From Kondoa subrosea (taxonomy: Eukaryota), in contig BCIN01000005.1 in assembly GCA_039545335.1 (NCBI GenBank), forward strand, positions 1,206,641 through 1,260,685: a stretch of 54,045 nt of DNA, read 5' to 3'. The notes below the pieces were generated by a model, which was not told the origin of the DNA, searched no databases, and worked only from the letters and a program-made list of their open reading frames with translations. Of the stretch, positions 23,476 to 36,084 are shown piece by piece. Every line of letters starts with the position of its first letter. The first letter of the stretch is position 1. The position numbers and the translations under genes were made by a program.

Positions 23476-25395
23476 TTATTTCACTACTACTTCTATCCCT
23501 GTTTCAGCTTCAGGTGCTGTCATATCCGTAAGCGTAGGTAGATCCAATGCTGCAGGAGGTGGAGGAGGTTTGCGATTCCGAACAGCTGGAGATTTGCCTT
23601 TTGACCGCGATGAAGAAGAAGACCGAAGAGGCCCTGAGAGATGATTCGATTCTTGAGATGAATTATGGAAACGGCCTCGATTTTCAGGAGAAGGTGGAGA
23701 AAGAGTAACAGAAAGAGGTGCTTCGTGATTTGGCGAGAGAGGGGGCTGTACAGTATCTTGAGATTCAGCCTCTGATTCATCCGCTTGCATAAGAGGAGCA
23801 GGTGAAGGTACTCGAAACAAGACTTTTGAACTTCCTTCGCCGTCACTCTTTTCTCTTGAACGCTCTTTCTTCTTCTTTGGCGCTTTCGAGCTGTAAAGAT
23901 CTACTTCTTCCCATCTTGATTGACTCCGCAGACATAATGCTTCGATCACTCCCATGCCACTATATCGACCCTTCAATCTCCAATGCGCACCTCGAATCAC
24001 CCTTCTATCTTGTTGCCCATTCATTCGACTTATATTTCTCCCACGTATCGATCTTCCGGAAGTAGATTGATCAGAAGTAAAGGTGCCAGAAAACGAATCT
24101 GTATCTTGTTCGAAATAGCCCAAATCGCCTAATCCATCTTCAGTAGAGTAATAATCCGGTTGAGCGTGATTTTGAGTCGCGGAAGCTGCAATGACTGGTG
24201 AAGCGTAAGCTACTTCTTCTGTCCAATCACCAGATTCTTGACTTCTTGCATGTTTTGAGATATCGGATTTGGAAGGAGATACAGTAGGAGCTGAAGAAAG
24301 ATCCAAATCGCCCAAAGTCGCGAACTCGCCCGTTTCAAGATCATCTACTAAGGCAGAAAGGAAGCGAGCGAAGCCGCCATCTGGGCCCCATCCAGGGAAA
24401 AGAACAGTCTTGACATCGATTTCGCGACCGAACGCAATAACTTGACCTTGTCTTGCTGCTGCCTGATCCCAAGAATTTTGTTTGTGTGCGAAAGAAGGTG
24501 TTGTAGGTGTATTGAGTGAGGATATAAGGGGTGGTTCTAGATCTATGCCAATGTAATTTCCCATGCCATCTTTGATTAGAGGTATCCAACCAGGGCATGA
24601 ATAATCTTCTTTGACCCATCCAGAGGGACAGGATCCCATTTGTGATTTTAGATAATGTTCTTCTTGTTCGCGTGTGATAAAGTTGAAAGGATCGTCCACC
24701 GCTTGTTGACCTAATCGTTTCCTCGATTCTAGCTTTCGCCATACTGCCCATTCTTGCTGTATCTCGTCCGCAGTCATCAACCATAACCCAAAGACTAATC
24801 CCATCGAAGAACCACTACCACCAGTTGAAGCAGATGAATTGATGGAGAAAACGTCTTGACCATCATGACAACGCAGGTATTCTTTGACGTCGCGTGGTAT
24901 TCGTACTTGATTACCTTGAGAATCATGGAGCGCTTTCTGTAGAGCAACCAATTCTCGTTCAGGTAAAGGATATGATAGAGTATCGAGCAATTCTGGGTAA
25001 ACTGGTGCTAGGAGATCTCGGAGTCGCTTGAAGCTTTGTTTGACTGGAGGATATGAAGATTCGTGACCGTAGACAGAGTAAGAAGCTGAGGCATGTGTAG
25101 GTCTGAGAGCGAGTTCACTGCTGAGAAGGCCTGGCGTTGCTGAAGGTGAAGGAGGCGCGTTTTGAGCAGAGTACAAGTTAGATGAGAAGGAAGGATTGAG
25201 AGAAGGGAACGTAGAGCCGCCTGAATGGGAGCGTCTATGACTTGATGTCGAACTATTCAAGTCTGGTGTTTGAGCAGGATTCGGGCTGTTCCATGCTGAG
25301 TCGAAGGAATTATCTCTCCTTGATACAGGCAGGTCGTTTGCGGGACCTTTGCCTTTGCTCTGGCTTCCAAACAGCGAACTAAAAAATGAGGGCAT
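23476..25395 (-). CDS. SMI1: Glucan synthesis/cell wall assembly regulator KNR4/SMI1
   Basis: Single 639-aa ORF: YPELLDTLSYP, YLRCHDGQD, GLVFGLWLM, YSCPGWIPLIKDGMGNYIGIDL and GQVIAFGREID, with disordered termini. Confidence 0.9.
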   Translation of the reverse strand: MPSFFSSLFGSQSKGKGPANDLPVSRRDNSFDSAWNSPNPAQTPDLNSSTSSHRRSHSGGSTFPSLNPSFSSNLYSAQNAPPSPSATPGLLSSELALRPTHASASYSVYGHESSYPPVKQSFKRLRDLLAPVYPELLDTLSYPLPERELVALQKALHDSQGNQVRIPRDVKEYLRCHDGQDVFSINSSASTGGSGSSMGLVFGLWLMTADEIQQEWAVWRKLESRKRLGQQAVDDPFNFITREQEEHYLKSQMGSCPSGWVKEDYSCPGWIPLIKDGMGNYIGIDLEPPLISSLNTPTTPSFAHKQNSWDQAAARQGQVIAFGREIDVKTVLFPGWGPDGGFARFLSALVDDLETGEFATLGDLDLSSAPTVSPSKSDISKHARSQESGDWTEEVAYASPVIAASATQNHAQPDYYSTEDGLGDLGYFEQDTDSFSGTFTSDQSTSGRSIRGRNISRMNGQQDRRVIRGAHWRLKGRYSGMGVIEALCLRSQSRWEEVDLYSSKAPKKKKERSREKSDGEGSSKVLFRVPSPAPLMQADESEAESQDTVQPPLSPNHEAPLSVTLSPPSPENRGRFHNSSQESNHLSGPLRSSSSSRSKGKSPAVRNRKPPPPPAALDLPTLTDMTAPEAETGIEVVVK

Positions 25396-25671
25396 CTATA
25401 TTGTCATAACGCCTTGTCAGCAAAGCGAGTGGTACAGATCAAGGAGGGGCTGACGGTGTGCTAGATTCCTCTTAATTGCAATCACGCAGCGAGACGCATA
25501 TCGTTGTTCTTGACTGACATTCTCACAATCACACAAGCTTCTGGGGTCGAAAACGCCGTGCTCCCCGAAAGGTATGAAACGCTGCCATTCACTGTGTACC
25601 AGTATATACATATCTGTAGTCTTACATAACCCAAATTTCCTGTCAAAATCTTCTAACAAATGACACTACAC

Positions 25672-28103
25672 TCAGCAACCCCTGTTTCCAGAATCAGCCT
25701 TGCACTTTGCATTCATGTCTAGGTATGAGATTTACCAATACTTCTTCTCTATATACCTAGCAGGAATGTAGACCAGCGCTCCGAAGCACATCTGTAGATA
25801 AAACGACGGAAAAATGACTCTCCGATGCTTGAACATGATTGCTAACGACTTACAGCCAGTTCCCTGAAAGCAGCATAATTCGTTAGCTAAGAAGCAGAAT
25901 GTCTCCTTCATTCAGCTTACCATCCAATATCACCTCCGCTAGGATCGATCGCAGTTGCGACCGGTCCCTTGAAGAAGGATGAAGCCATTCCCATGACTGC
26001 TCCTAGCCAACTGTTAAGACAAACAGGTTCCTTATCAGTAACATGATGTCTAAAGAAGAATTCAAATTTACCCAGCGCATACTGCTGCAAAAGCTGCAAC
26101 ACCCAGGGGCAAAGTCTTAGCGTTTTGAAACTCATCAAGCTTGTAGTTGGACCAAGAAGCTTTTCTGAAAATGAAATGTTCGCAGATTAAGATTATTGCC
26201 CAGGTGCTCAACCCTGCAAACTTGTATTAGCTCGATAAAGAAAGGAGACAAAGCATCCTTCTTACAATAACCCAAGAAGACGATCAAATTCTGTAGAGTA
26301 GAAGAGAATGTGTTCGCTCCCACACCAGCAAGAACACCATAGACAACAGTCATGACGAGAACCAAAAGAGGTCGAGGTACAGCTTGAGCTTTCTTGCCCA
26401 ATAACTGGAATGACATGGTGAAAGAATAGATATTAGGTGTGCTGAAATATACGTGAGCAAATGCGAAGCAAGCTTGTAGGAACGGCTTACTTTCCAGCGA
26501 TAATAGCAAAGACGAGCAGAATCTGCAGGAACTTGCCGAAACCGCCAGCTCTACTGAAACCACTGTTGAGCAAACCTCCAACATCTCCCGCACGGTAAGC
26601 TGCCTGATAGTCGGGTCTTTGTGCAAAGGTAGTCATCATAGCAGCTCCAAGGATTTGAGTGAATACTGTACAAAATGTCAGCCAGCCCTTAAAGCCTTCA
26701 TACCGGTTGACGTACAATGAGGGAGAACGAGACCAGCATAAGCATAAGAGAAGATCTTCTTGCTTGACGTGTCGGCTCTCATGTTGACAGTCCAGTCTAT
26801 CGCGTCCATGTTAGTCAGAGTCTTGCTTTTACGAAATATAACCTACCAGCACCAAATGAAGCCCAACCGAAAGGTGATCCAGCAAGAGTTCCTCCATAAC
26901 TTAACATTCCAGCAATCTTCATTGACCCTTTGCTAGAGTAGGTTCCAGCTTCCATATATTTCGCATTCAAGCCGAGAAGGATAAGGTAAATCACAAGAAC
27001 TGGCCATCCAGACTAGACAGCCGTCAGCTGAGTTGAGTCGCGATACAATTGACATACAAATCGGTTAAAGAAGTGGACCACCTTATAACCAAATGTCAAT
27101 ATGATATCAGAATGACAGCCACGAAATCGAACCTTGTATCCGAAGAAAACAGGCACCAACGTCAAAATGCAGATGAGAATGACAGCAGCAGGAATAGGAA
27201 TTCGATGGGTGCTAGAAACAGCTCGCAGAACAGACACAGCACCCTAGTTGCGCAATGATTAGCTTTGGCTTCGGTAGAATGATATGAGGGCATACGATGC
27301 AGTTGATGCAGCTCCATCCTTTGACAAATAGTTCAGACACGAGTCGCGACTAGCAAGGCTTTGACATACCGACTGTCGCAATCACTACCAAGGAGAATTG
27401 CTGTCAGTCTGGATTGAAGACACATCTAGATCCAAGACTTACGATTGAAAATGATTGGTATGTAATTGGTCCATGGACCGAAAGAGAAGAGCGAGAGAGC
27501 GATGGTCCGCAAACCTGTTTTCGCGCCCCAAATATTGAAAATGCCGACAGGGACATGACAGATGACGTTGAACAGCACAATGACCACGACTGATTCTTCG
27601 AAGCTCAATCCCCAAACCTTCATGAGAATGTTCAGAACTCAGTATCAACTTGTAGAAATGCAGCGCACAGCAGTTCCAAGCAAACCAAGACCGAACATTG
27701 TCATGCCCTGGAGTAAAAGGACGAATTAAGATTACAGGAAGTCAGCTAGGTCTGTCGCTCTGGAACTAACCATGTTCGCGCTGAACCACAGAGTGAAGAT
27801 ATCAAAGATGCTGCTGTGGAAGCGTTCGTTCTCTTGTACGCGCTCAATGCCTCTTGCTTCCACGCCAAAGACAGCATTTAATTTGGAATTGAGTGCCCAG
27901 AGCGATTTGAAGACGCCCGTGTGTCGGTTGACACCATCGTCCAGGTTGTTGAGACGAGCGGCCTCACCCTTGATACCTTCTTGCCCTTGATAAGTAGAGG
28001 CTTCGCGATAAGACTTCACATCAGCGTCGATTTCATTCTTTTCTACGTCCTGTCCATCTGCCATGGGTCGGCCTGATCCAACAACTGGCAAAATCTCTGC
28101 CAT
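25672..28103 (-). CDS. Purine-cytosine permease (NCS1 family, FCY2/TPN1-like)
   Basis: GVEARGIERV, TLWFSANM, GAKTGLRT...SFGPW, GWSCIN, PNIYS and GGDIGWELA...RYIEKKYWGC*. Many TM exons. Confidence 0.9.
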
Positions 28104-28164
28104 GACTATCTTGGTGGTAGAATGCAGAAGACAAGAACCAGAAACGCGGGAAGGCTAACGAAAA

Positions 28165-28385
28165 AGAGATAAGAAAATGTCTCTAGATAAGGCTGAACGA
28201 TTAAAGCTATCTCTGTTATCCTGTCAGGGCCTATCTTTATTACAAGGGTACATCATGCACTGGGAGATGCAGGATAGGCGTAATGAGAATCGAAGCAATA
28301 AGCATGCTTTCCCTATTCTGTCAAGCGATCAGAGCAGGAAATCCGATTCTTTGATGGCTATTCGATAATGATATAATGATAGTCG
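28165..28385. promoter_or_regulatory. Cluster of GATA elements upstream of the permease
   Basis: GATAAG x2, CTATCT x2, TTATC, GATAG and GATAAT, among others, within ~220 nt. Confidence 0.5.
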
Positions 28386-28598
28386 TTGGAGCAAGTCATG
28401 AGAACCCAGGGAAGATGGAAGAGTATCTACAGTAAGAAACAATGCGATAAGCCAAAACTTGAAAACATCGCTGAGATGAAATACTGACAACAGACCATGA
28501 CATTTTCGACACTCTTTCGACAGCCATTACAACCTTGTCACACCGACTCAAGCCATCTCTTAGCCCAACTTCCAGCGATATATCTGCATGCGGTTCAT

Positions 28599-29767
28599 TC
28601 AATCCCACTTGACTCTGCCTGCGCAACCCAGCTTATGCTCCTTCCAATGAGCCTTTGCACATTCAGCCCCGCAGTAGGCTGAGATTACAAGGGCATCAGC
28701 TGAAGTACACAAGGACCAGATCAGGAACTCACACGCGATAGCGCATGAACCGCAAAATGAGAATGCCTTGCCAGCATGATATTTCCCTCCTGGAGGGCCC
28801 CTCTCCGGTTCGTTCACTCTTCCACATTGAAGACAGGCAGCTATATACGGACCGGCGAGCAGTCCTTTGCCAAGCGTCGTGGTACGATAAAGCTTGATTC
28901 GCTCTTCTAAATCCGCAATGTGCCTCAAATCGAGATACTCCTGCCCCATCACTTGATACCTGACTCCCGGTACAGGGATGGCGCAATACATGCTTTCAAT
29001 AAGATGAAGCAGGTAACCGAAAGCTTCTCGCCTGGCGCCATTTCATTTGGCCCTGATGGACTCCGACTCGCTCGACATCTTGCGAGCAAGCTACAAGGAT
29101 GGGATGAATGTCGCGAAGGGTAGAAAAAAGTTCAGGCTTTTCGTGGATTGCTTCAGCGCATGTCGCTGGCTGACTCCTGAACAGGAAAGTGACATTCAAT
29201 ACAAGAGCTTCCAGGACAATCGATGCTGCGTGTGCTGCAGCTTTCTTGCCCAAGCCTGACTCTTCTGGCGAACGTGCGTAAATCTGAAAGAAAAAGACTA
29301 GCTTTATGAAGAAACGCTGAACCAAATCAACTGGCGCTTTCCTGAAATCGCTGATCATGCCTAGAATATTTGTGACGTTGACAAGACCGCTCCAGACGGA
29401 GATGATACTGGAAGGTGAGATGTCTTGTTTCATCAGATCAAGAAAAGAAAGCAAAACTTGTGAGTGATCGGCCAGAAGTCTTCCTTGTACCACGACTTTC
29501 AAGTCATTAGTAAGCAGCTCGTTTTTTTCTTTCCTTTTCGCCTCCTTGTTCCGGGTCACTCCATCGGCGCAACGCTGTTCCATAATTTGCTTGACCAGTT
29601 TGCTGTTCTCTAAAGCCCTTTGACCCATTACTTTTGTGTGAAACTTTCGGCAGCTACAGCCATACAGGATAGCTATGACAATCGCCTGCTTCATAGCTGT
29701 CAAATATAGTAGCAACGACATTCTTTGCTAGAGAGGCTAATGGAGGAGTGTCTTCAACTGACATCAT
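28599..29767 (-). CDS. MYND-type zinc finger protein with helical N-terminal region
   Basis: C-terminal CLQC...CGSC..(intron)..YCGAECAKAHWKEHKLGC. The exact start is uncertain (29721 or 29764/29767). Confidence 0.8.
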
Positions 29768-30025
29768 GAGGAAGACCGTCTTGTAACAGGGACGATGAGT
29801 GGAGAGAGAGAGAGAGAGGGCCAGATGACAAATTAGTTATTTTGAGTGAATGCGCTAACAACAACCTGCAGTGCAGAACAAGCCTGTGGCAGAACAGGCT
29901 CGTTAGCAGGCGCTAGAGCGAATCCACGCTTAGTTGCGAGAGGCAACAATGTTGGTGCGAACTGAACAAGTTGCGAAGCTGCTTTCGACTTCGCTTGTCT
30001 TCAGACCGTCAGCCCGAACAGCACG

Positions 30026-30800
30026 ATGAGTTCAGGAGTAAGTTGCTACACTTACTCCCAGTTACATAGAACTCAGTGCGAATGCAGGCCCGACGACGCC
30101 TTGTGCGCGACTTCAAGAAACTATCTGCCGATCCTCCAGCTGGCGTATCTGGTGCACCTTGCCCTGACAACCTGCTTATCTGGAATGCTGTCATCTTTGG
30201 TCCAGGTATGATCTGTTGAGCTCATTGGATGACGGGCCCTTGACATTTGCGACAATAGCGGAGACACCTTTCGAAGATGGGACATTCCGTTTGGTACTCA
30301 GCTTTGATGAGAGCTATCCTAACAAACCACCTACGTGAGTCACATCCTCTTGCATGAGAATCTTCTGATTAGGTTAGCAGTGTTAAGTTCATCTCGAAGA
30401 TGTTTCGTCAGTCTTTACTCGAGCGATCGCATGAGGCTCAATTTGCTGACGATACGAGAAGACCCAAATGTCTACAACGATGGCGCACTATGTCTCGATA
30501 TCCTCCAGAATCGCTGGTCTCCAACTTATGATGTAGCGGCTATTCTCACATCCATTCAATCGTTACTGCACGATCCGAATCCAGCTAGGTACGATCAAAA
30601 AAAGTAGTCTCGCGCGCTCATTGATATCATATCTGGTATGATTTCACAGTCCTGCGAATGCTGAAGCTGCGCAATTATACCGCGAGAATCTTAAAGAGTA
30701 TCACAAGCGGGTGCGTTCTGTCGATTTACTCGTTCAGCGTGGGGACTGAGCTCTGCCATAGGTCCGCAACACTGTCGAAGCCAGTTGGGTTGAAGAGTAG
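30026..30800 (+). CDS. RAD6: Ubiquitin-conjugating enzyme E2 Rad6/Ubc2
   Basis: [14 protein letters not shown]...[17 protein letters not shown]...YPNKPP...[35 protein letters not shown]. Confidence 0.95.
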
Positions 30801-31086
30801 CTCCTTTTGGTCATTTTGAGTGTCACTTGTATATGTGCTCTTTCTATACTTATACACATTGTATGCCTGCATTTGTATTATATATCGATCATCATTTCTA
30901 GAGGCCAAGCCCTGCGAGATCAAGCCGTTTTTCTTTCTTTTCACCAATAGCCCATTTGCCTTTAAAGCCCGTTCCCTTTGTTCAGCATTTCTCCGAGCTC
31001 ACAAATCCAACAGTATTGCGTCGTCGACATCTGACTCTGCCCCTGCTCTCTTGAACTGCATCATGCAAAACCCGGCTTGTTGTATT

Positions 31087-32210
31087 TCACTTCAACACTT
31101 TAAGACCCGACCAAAGCATCAATCCAGCCAAAGGAGCCATTGTCAGATTATCATCCAAACCCCACAACTCAATCGCTTCCGCCAAAGCTGCACTCAAACC
31201 AGAAACCGCACACAATTTACCTAACGAAATCGTACTTCTCGGTGGTACTAATTGTGGTAATCTTGTTGGAGGTGCTACCAGATTCCCAACCCATCGTTCT
31301 TTAGTTGAGGTTAAACCAATCCAAGATAGATCGCCTTCGGAACCACTTTCGCCTAAATAGACGTAAAAGATATAGGCTGCTAAGGCGCCCATCAAAGCTG
31401 ATGCTAGAGAACCGGCTAGTGATTTTCGAGGTGCGAAAAGTTTGCCGTGAAAAGGTAAAGGAGGAGTATAGCGACCGAAAAGTCGGCCAAAGATTGATGC
31501 AGAGGTGTCGCACCAAGAGAGAATCATAACTGAAAGTACAGCGAGATCTAGAAGAGCCCATCAGCAAACAGCACTAGAGGATACCAGGAATACAGACCTC
31601 GAGGATAAAAGATTAGACAGAACATGACTGCGATAATATACCAAATCACTCCGTTGACTTTATGTTTCTCGCTCATTCGCATCAATAAGCCTAGTCGTTT
31701 CTCGTACTCTTCCTGTGAAAGATAATGCAAGATAAGCTGAATTGGACAGCATGGTATCAGCAATCAATCCTCACTGCGAACCAAGGTGAATTGAACCTCC
31801 AAACATCTGCTACTGAAATCACGAATAGACCAGCTCCAAGAATGTACAAGCAGTAGATGACAGGTGTATGTAGATACCATAGAAGCATAACAATGAAGCC
31901 TGTTCGTAACCACGCAAACTATAAGCTTTATGCAAGCCTACTTTCACTGTCGAACGAACCTATACTGCTGTGAAACGCTTTCCTAGGCAGCTCTAGACCA
32001 CTCTTGGACTTGTCTGCAGATCAGGCGGAAGGATGAGCGAATTGACACGTCTGATGAAATGCTGCACTCACGTATGTGCACTGCAGGTTCTCCCGCGTTG
32101 ACTGCGGAGAAACCGCGTCGAGCTTGAACATTGGCTACAAGGGACGGCGAAGCATGATCTGGCTCTATCTTGCCAATCTTGCTCTTCGCAATTGACTTTG
32201 CTTTGGGCAT
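31087..32210 (-). CDS. DGK1: CTP-dependent diacylglycerol kinase (Dgk1, cytidylyltransferase family)
   Basis: RKAFHSSIG, GLLMRMSEKHKVNGVIWY, LSWCDTSASIFGRLFG, KSLAGS and GLDDNLT. Confidence 0.9.
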
Positions 32211-32484
32211 CTTTTCAGGCAGCTGGGGAATATGAAGCAGCGAAGGTGGATGAGGGAAAGCAATGCGCTACTGCTTCATCTGGAGAATGCGGAGACCAGC
32301 AAAGGAGACTATGGATTGGCTGCAAAAGATCAAGGAAAGGCTACAATGAGAAAAACAAGTTCGTCATCAGCTTGACAGCAAAGATGCGTCACGCAGAGTA
32401 TCTGCAGTAGTCAGCAGGTCAGCATGAACTCATTTAGGTACAACTTCAGCGGTATCCATTCTGCAATACAATAGACATGTCCGT

Positions 32485-34117
32485 TTAACTAGATCTAATG
32501 AAGCTGATCTTCAGCCCATCAATCTGGTAAAGAATAAGCAGGAGATGGCACAGCATCATATCAGATGACGAACCATGAACTTCTCGTAAAAGACCCTTCG
32601 ACTCGGAATCAGGTGTACCGCACATCACCGAAACCCTTTCCTTAGGTTCCTCTGACCAGCTTTCCATCACCACACACCCGTCTTCATCAACAGACAAGCT
32701 TTTGAGATCATTCAATCCTGATAGACCCTCTTGAGCATATGTCCAACGAATATTCAATCCTGCCGGGGCGTCTGTCTGCAGCCCAAGCAGATCTTCAGCC
32801 AGCGATGTACAGATATGTTCATAGGTATGTTGAAACTCCTGTTCTAATGACAGCAGTTCTGTTGGTTCTGTTGAGCTGACAAAGCTTTTTTCTGTTTCCA
32901 TAAGATCACCAAGCTGGCAATGCAGTTGTACATTGGCGAGTCGGGGGAAATTGAAGCATACAAGCATACGTCTCAGTAAATTGGAGCAAGAAAAGGCAGG
33001 AGATTGAAAAAGTCGGTCATACGGTGCTTCAAAATTGAGTTTGATACTCCTGAGATGTGTATGAATGATTTTTCGGGGGAAAAGAGAATCCATCCAATCC
33101 TCAAGTAATTCTTGTGATGGGGTCTGAACATCCCTCACGAGTATACCAAGGGATTGCAACGCTGGAAAGATATCGCTGATGCACGATTCAATCTCTTCCA
33201 ACTTGATTGAATGGATTGAGAAGGTAGTTACATGAGTAAAATGCCGGTGTGCTACCATCGTGCTGAAATAATTCCAATCGCATGGAGATTACGTTCCATA
33301 ATCAATGCAGATTGTGGAGATTTGGGAATTTCGAGACCAAGTTAACGAAAGAGTTGTCGCTATTTGTGTCAGAGCTAGGGGAGTTTATTCTCAAGCTTTT
33401 GACTTTTGGCGAGATGCTTAATGACGCCAATGATTGGAAATTGAAGTCACGTTCCAACGTCAGATTGCACAATCTTGAGCCGCAGAGCAAAGGCTCCATC
33501 CACTTCAGTGAAAGAGGGTCACAAACAAGAGCCTCCATGGTCAGGCCGTCGACACAGAAGTGTCTGACTGTGAGATCCAATAGCTGATCCAAGAAGGCGA
33601 GCTTCGACAAATTGATGTCCAGTTTTTCTAGCTTAATGGAATGAGAAGGTACATATGTTGCTTCAAGCAGGACATTCGTTTGTAAAAAGAGAGACAAATG
33701 GGTAAGCTGCAGGGTATGCTGAAAGATCTCGAAAGGTAGGGACAGCACATCGTCAAGCTGCGCAGGCGAGATGTGAAAGGATGCTGATTCAAGGTCGTGC
33801 CCGTTTATCACTCTTGTGATATCCAAAGGTATGTTCCATTCCACCGAACGAACGAAAGAGCCATAAGAACTATGTTCTTCGAGGGTTTCTGCCAATCTAT
33901 GCTTGTTAAGGTGCTTGGCTGAGATACGTTTGTAGAGTCTAGGCAGAGCAACCGAATAGAAGGACTCTACAAGCCAACTTCATTACAGCTCTTTTGCACA
34001 GAATGTAAACGTACTTGAGCACAGCGACAAGAGACTCCAATCCTTTGCATTCACACCTTCGGTCCCTTCATACAAATCGAAAACCTCTTCTAGTAGCTCT
34101 ACGGGTAGAGCAGCCAT
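32485..34117 (-). pseudogene. F-box/LRR-like gene copy 1, apparently disrupted
   Basis: MAALPVELLEEVFDLY...LSLCS/...ALPRLY F-box, then LRR-like repeats. Stop and frameshift near 33260-33305 are not removable by a normal-sized intron. Confidence 0.55.
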
Positions 34118-34511
34118 CAATTCAGGCCGAAATTCCCAATAAATGAAGACCAAGGCCAATCAAGGCTGACAATCCAAGGGTGAGTTACACAAGACCAGGA
34201 AGGCTGTGATTACAAGGCGTCCAGACTCTTATACTTCGTTCGCGATGAATTGTATAGGAGCTACTGTGCTCTGGCTGTTGCAGAAAAACAAAATCATGCT
34301 TGACCTGCAACATCGATAACTCAACTTCAAGACAAGTACTAGACAAGCATACTCGCAAAGCTAGCTCTGATTGATACTCTGGCTACTAATAGTATACCCG
34401 CTAAAGTGATTGATCTGCCGATGTCGCTTTGTTGTGCTTGAGTGGGAAACTTTGGTAAAGTAATATTGACAACATCCCAACAACGATTCAGAAGCTCAAG
34501 AAGCCGCAGTC

Positions 34512-36009
34512 ATGTCGCACTTACCGGATGAGCTGCTCGACGAGATCTTTGGCCTTTACAAGAGCTTCAAGGGTGTGACAGCATTGAACTTCGCTGCATT
34601 GTGCCTTTGCTCTCGTCAGTCTTCCTTCGTTCTGTCTGTGGTCTTTCTCATAATGCAATACAGGTCGCTTTCGGAATCTATGCATACCAAGGCTCTACTG
34701 CACTATCAATTCAGCTCATGTCACATCTGGCAAGCTTGGCAGAGCCTTAACTCACAACCCACAGCTTGGGCAATATGTAACAGACGTGGACTGGAGAATT
34801 ACCATACGGACAACTTTCGCACGTGCTGAACATTGGATCAACGAATTTTATTCACCAAACCAGTTTGCCAGCGATTTATGTGCAGCAATTGAATGTTTTC
34901 AGCATTGCCCAAATATTCAACATTTGACTATCGTTGTCGATGTTCGAGTCATGACCAAGAAGAGATACACCATTGCAGCAGATCTCCAACGGTTGATCAA
35001 CTTCGATCCGAATTTATATAATATATTGGATACATTGCCTTGCAAGCCGAGCTTACGACATTTTGAATTCACTCGGGATCTATATGAACACGCTCGAGGC
35101 AGGGAACTTGGCACAATTGATTTCTCAAACCAATATTGGCCAATTTTGCAGTGGGTTCTCAACAACAAGCAACTTGATACCTTAATATTCGGTCAAGGTA
35201 TGGACATCAACTTTCAACATTTGCGTATACAACAACTACAACCGGCGAGGTGACTAGCGATGAAGAACCTTGTCATTCAATGTGAACAGCCGACAGATGA
35301 AAGCGACGATAATATTAAGCAAAAAGATCTTGTCTCACTGTAGCAACTTGGAAAGCTTCAGATACCACCCTGGCATGCGCCGAAGAATATCAATGGCTTT
35401 CATTTTCGAGCGAGTCCTCCAAAAGCATGCGATCCGGACAACAACAGTATCGCTTGAGAACCTTCTTATGCATGGGTATCTGACTTATTCCAGCTTCCGG
35501 CTCCCACCTCCTGTACGCAGCCTTTTTCAGATTGCCAAGTTGTCAAACTCCAGTTTTCTTTGATCGATACTGCGAGTGCACATCGCGATCAAGATTTGCG
35601 CATACTTTTCGACCCTTCGTTGCCTTTCCAGTACCTAAGGCACCTTACGCTCTCTTTCCCTGACTTGGCATATAGCATTTTGTTCAAGCACACCTCATGT
35701 CAAGAAACTTTCGCAGTCTTTCTTTCAACTCAAGCTTTCCCTTGTTTGCAGCATCTTATTATTGAGTGTATGTTGGATGGTTGGAAAGTTGTTGGGAATG
35801 CTTTGAGGTTGAAGATTGATTTCGATTGGCCCATGTATGTCAAGCAAGATGAGATTGAATTGGCTTTGGAAGAAGACTATCAGACTTTCTCTGCAAGAGC
35901 ATCCTTCGCTATCACTTACAATTTCACGTATAATCCGCACGGGAAGATCAAGCTCAAGAGTCTCAATTACGGTGAAGATGGTCAGATCGAAGTAGAGCAT
36001 TGGCTTTGA
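34512..36009 (+). pseudogene. F-box/LRR-like gene copy 2, possibly disrupted
   Basis: MSHLPDELLDEIFGLY...LCLCS/RRFRNLCIPRLY F-box, LRR-like CPNIQHL, CSNLESF and FPCLQHL. Frame breaks near 35251 and 35455-35563. Confidence 0.55.
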
Positions 36010-36084
36010 GAGATGCGAAGGACAGGGGAATAGACTGTGAGACCTAACCGTCGATACTGTTGTCAAGACCAGAGCAGAGTTTGA

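Noticed and set aside
24341..24784. 147-aa alternative-frame ORF inside KNR4/SMI1
   Set aside because: Out-of-frame overlap with a well-supported CDS; no independent evidence.
5543..30800. 'DNA repair cluster' (XPF, AlkB, mtSSB, RAD6)
   Set aside because: Spread over 25 kb among unrelated genes; consistent with chance in a compact genome.
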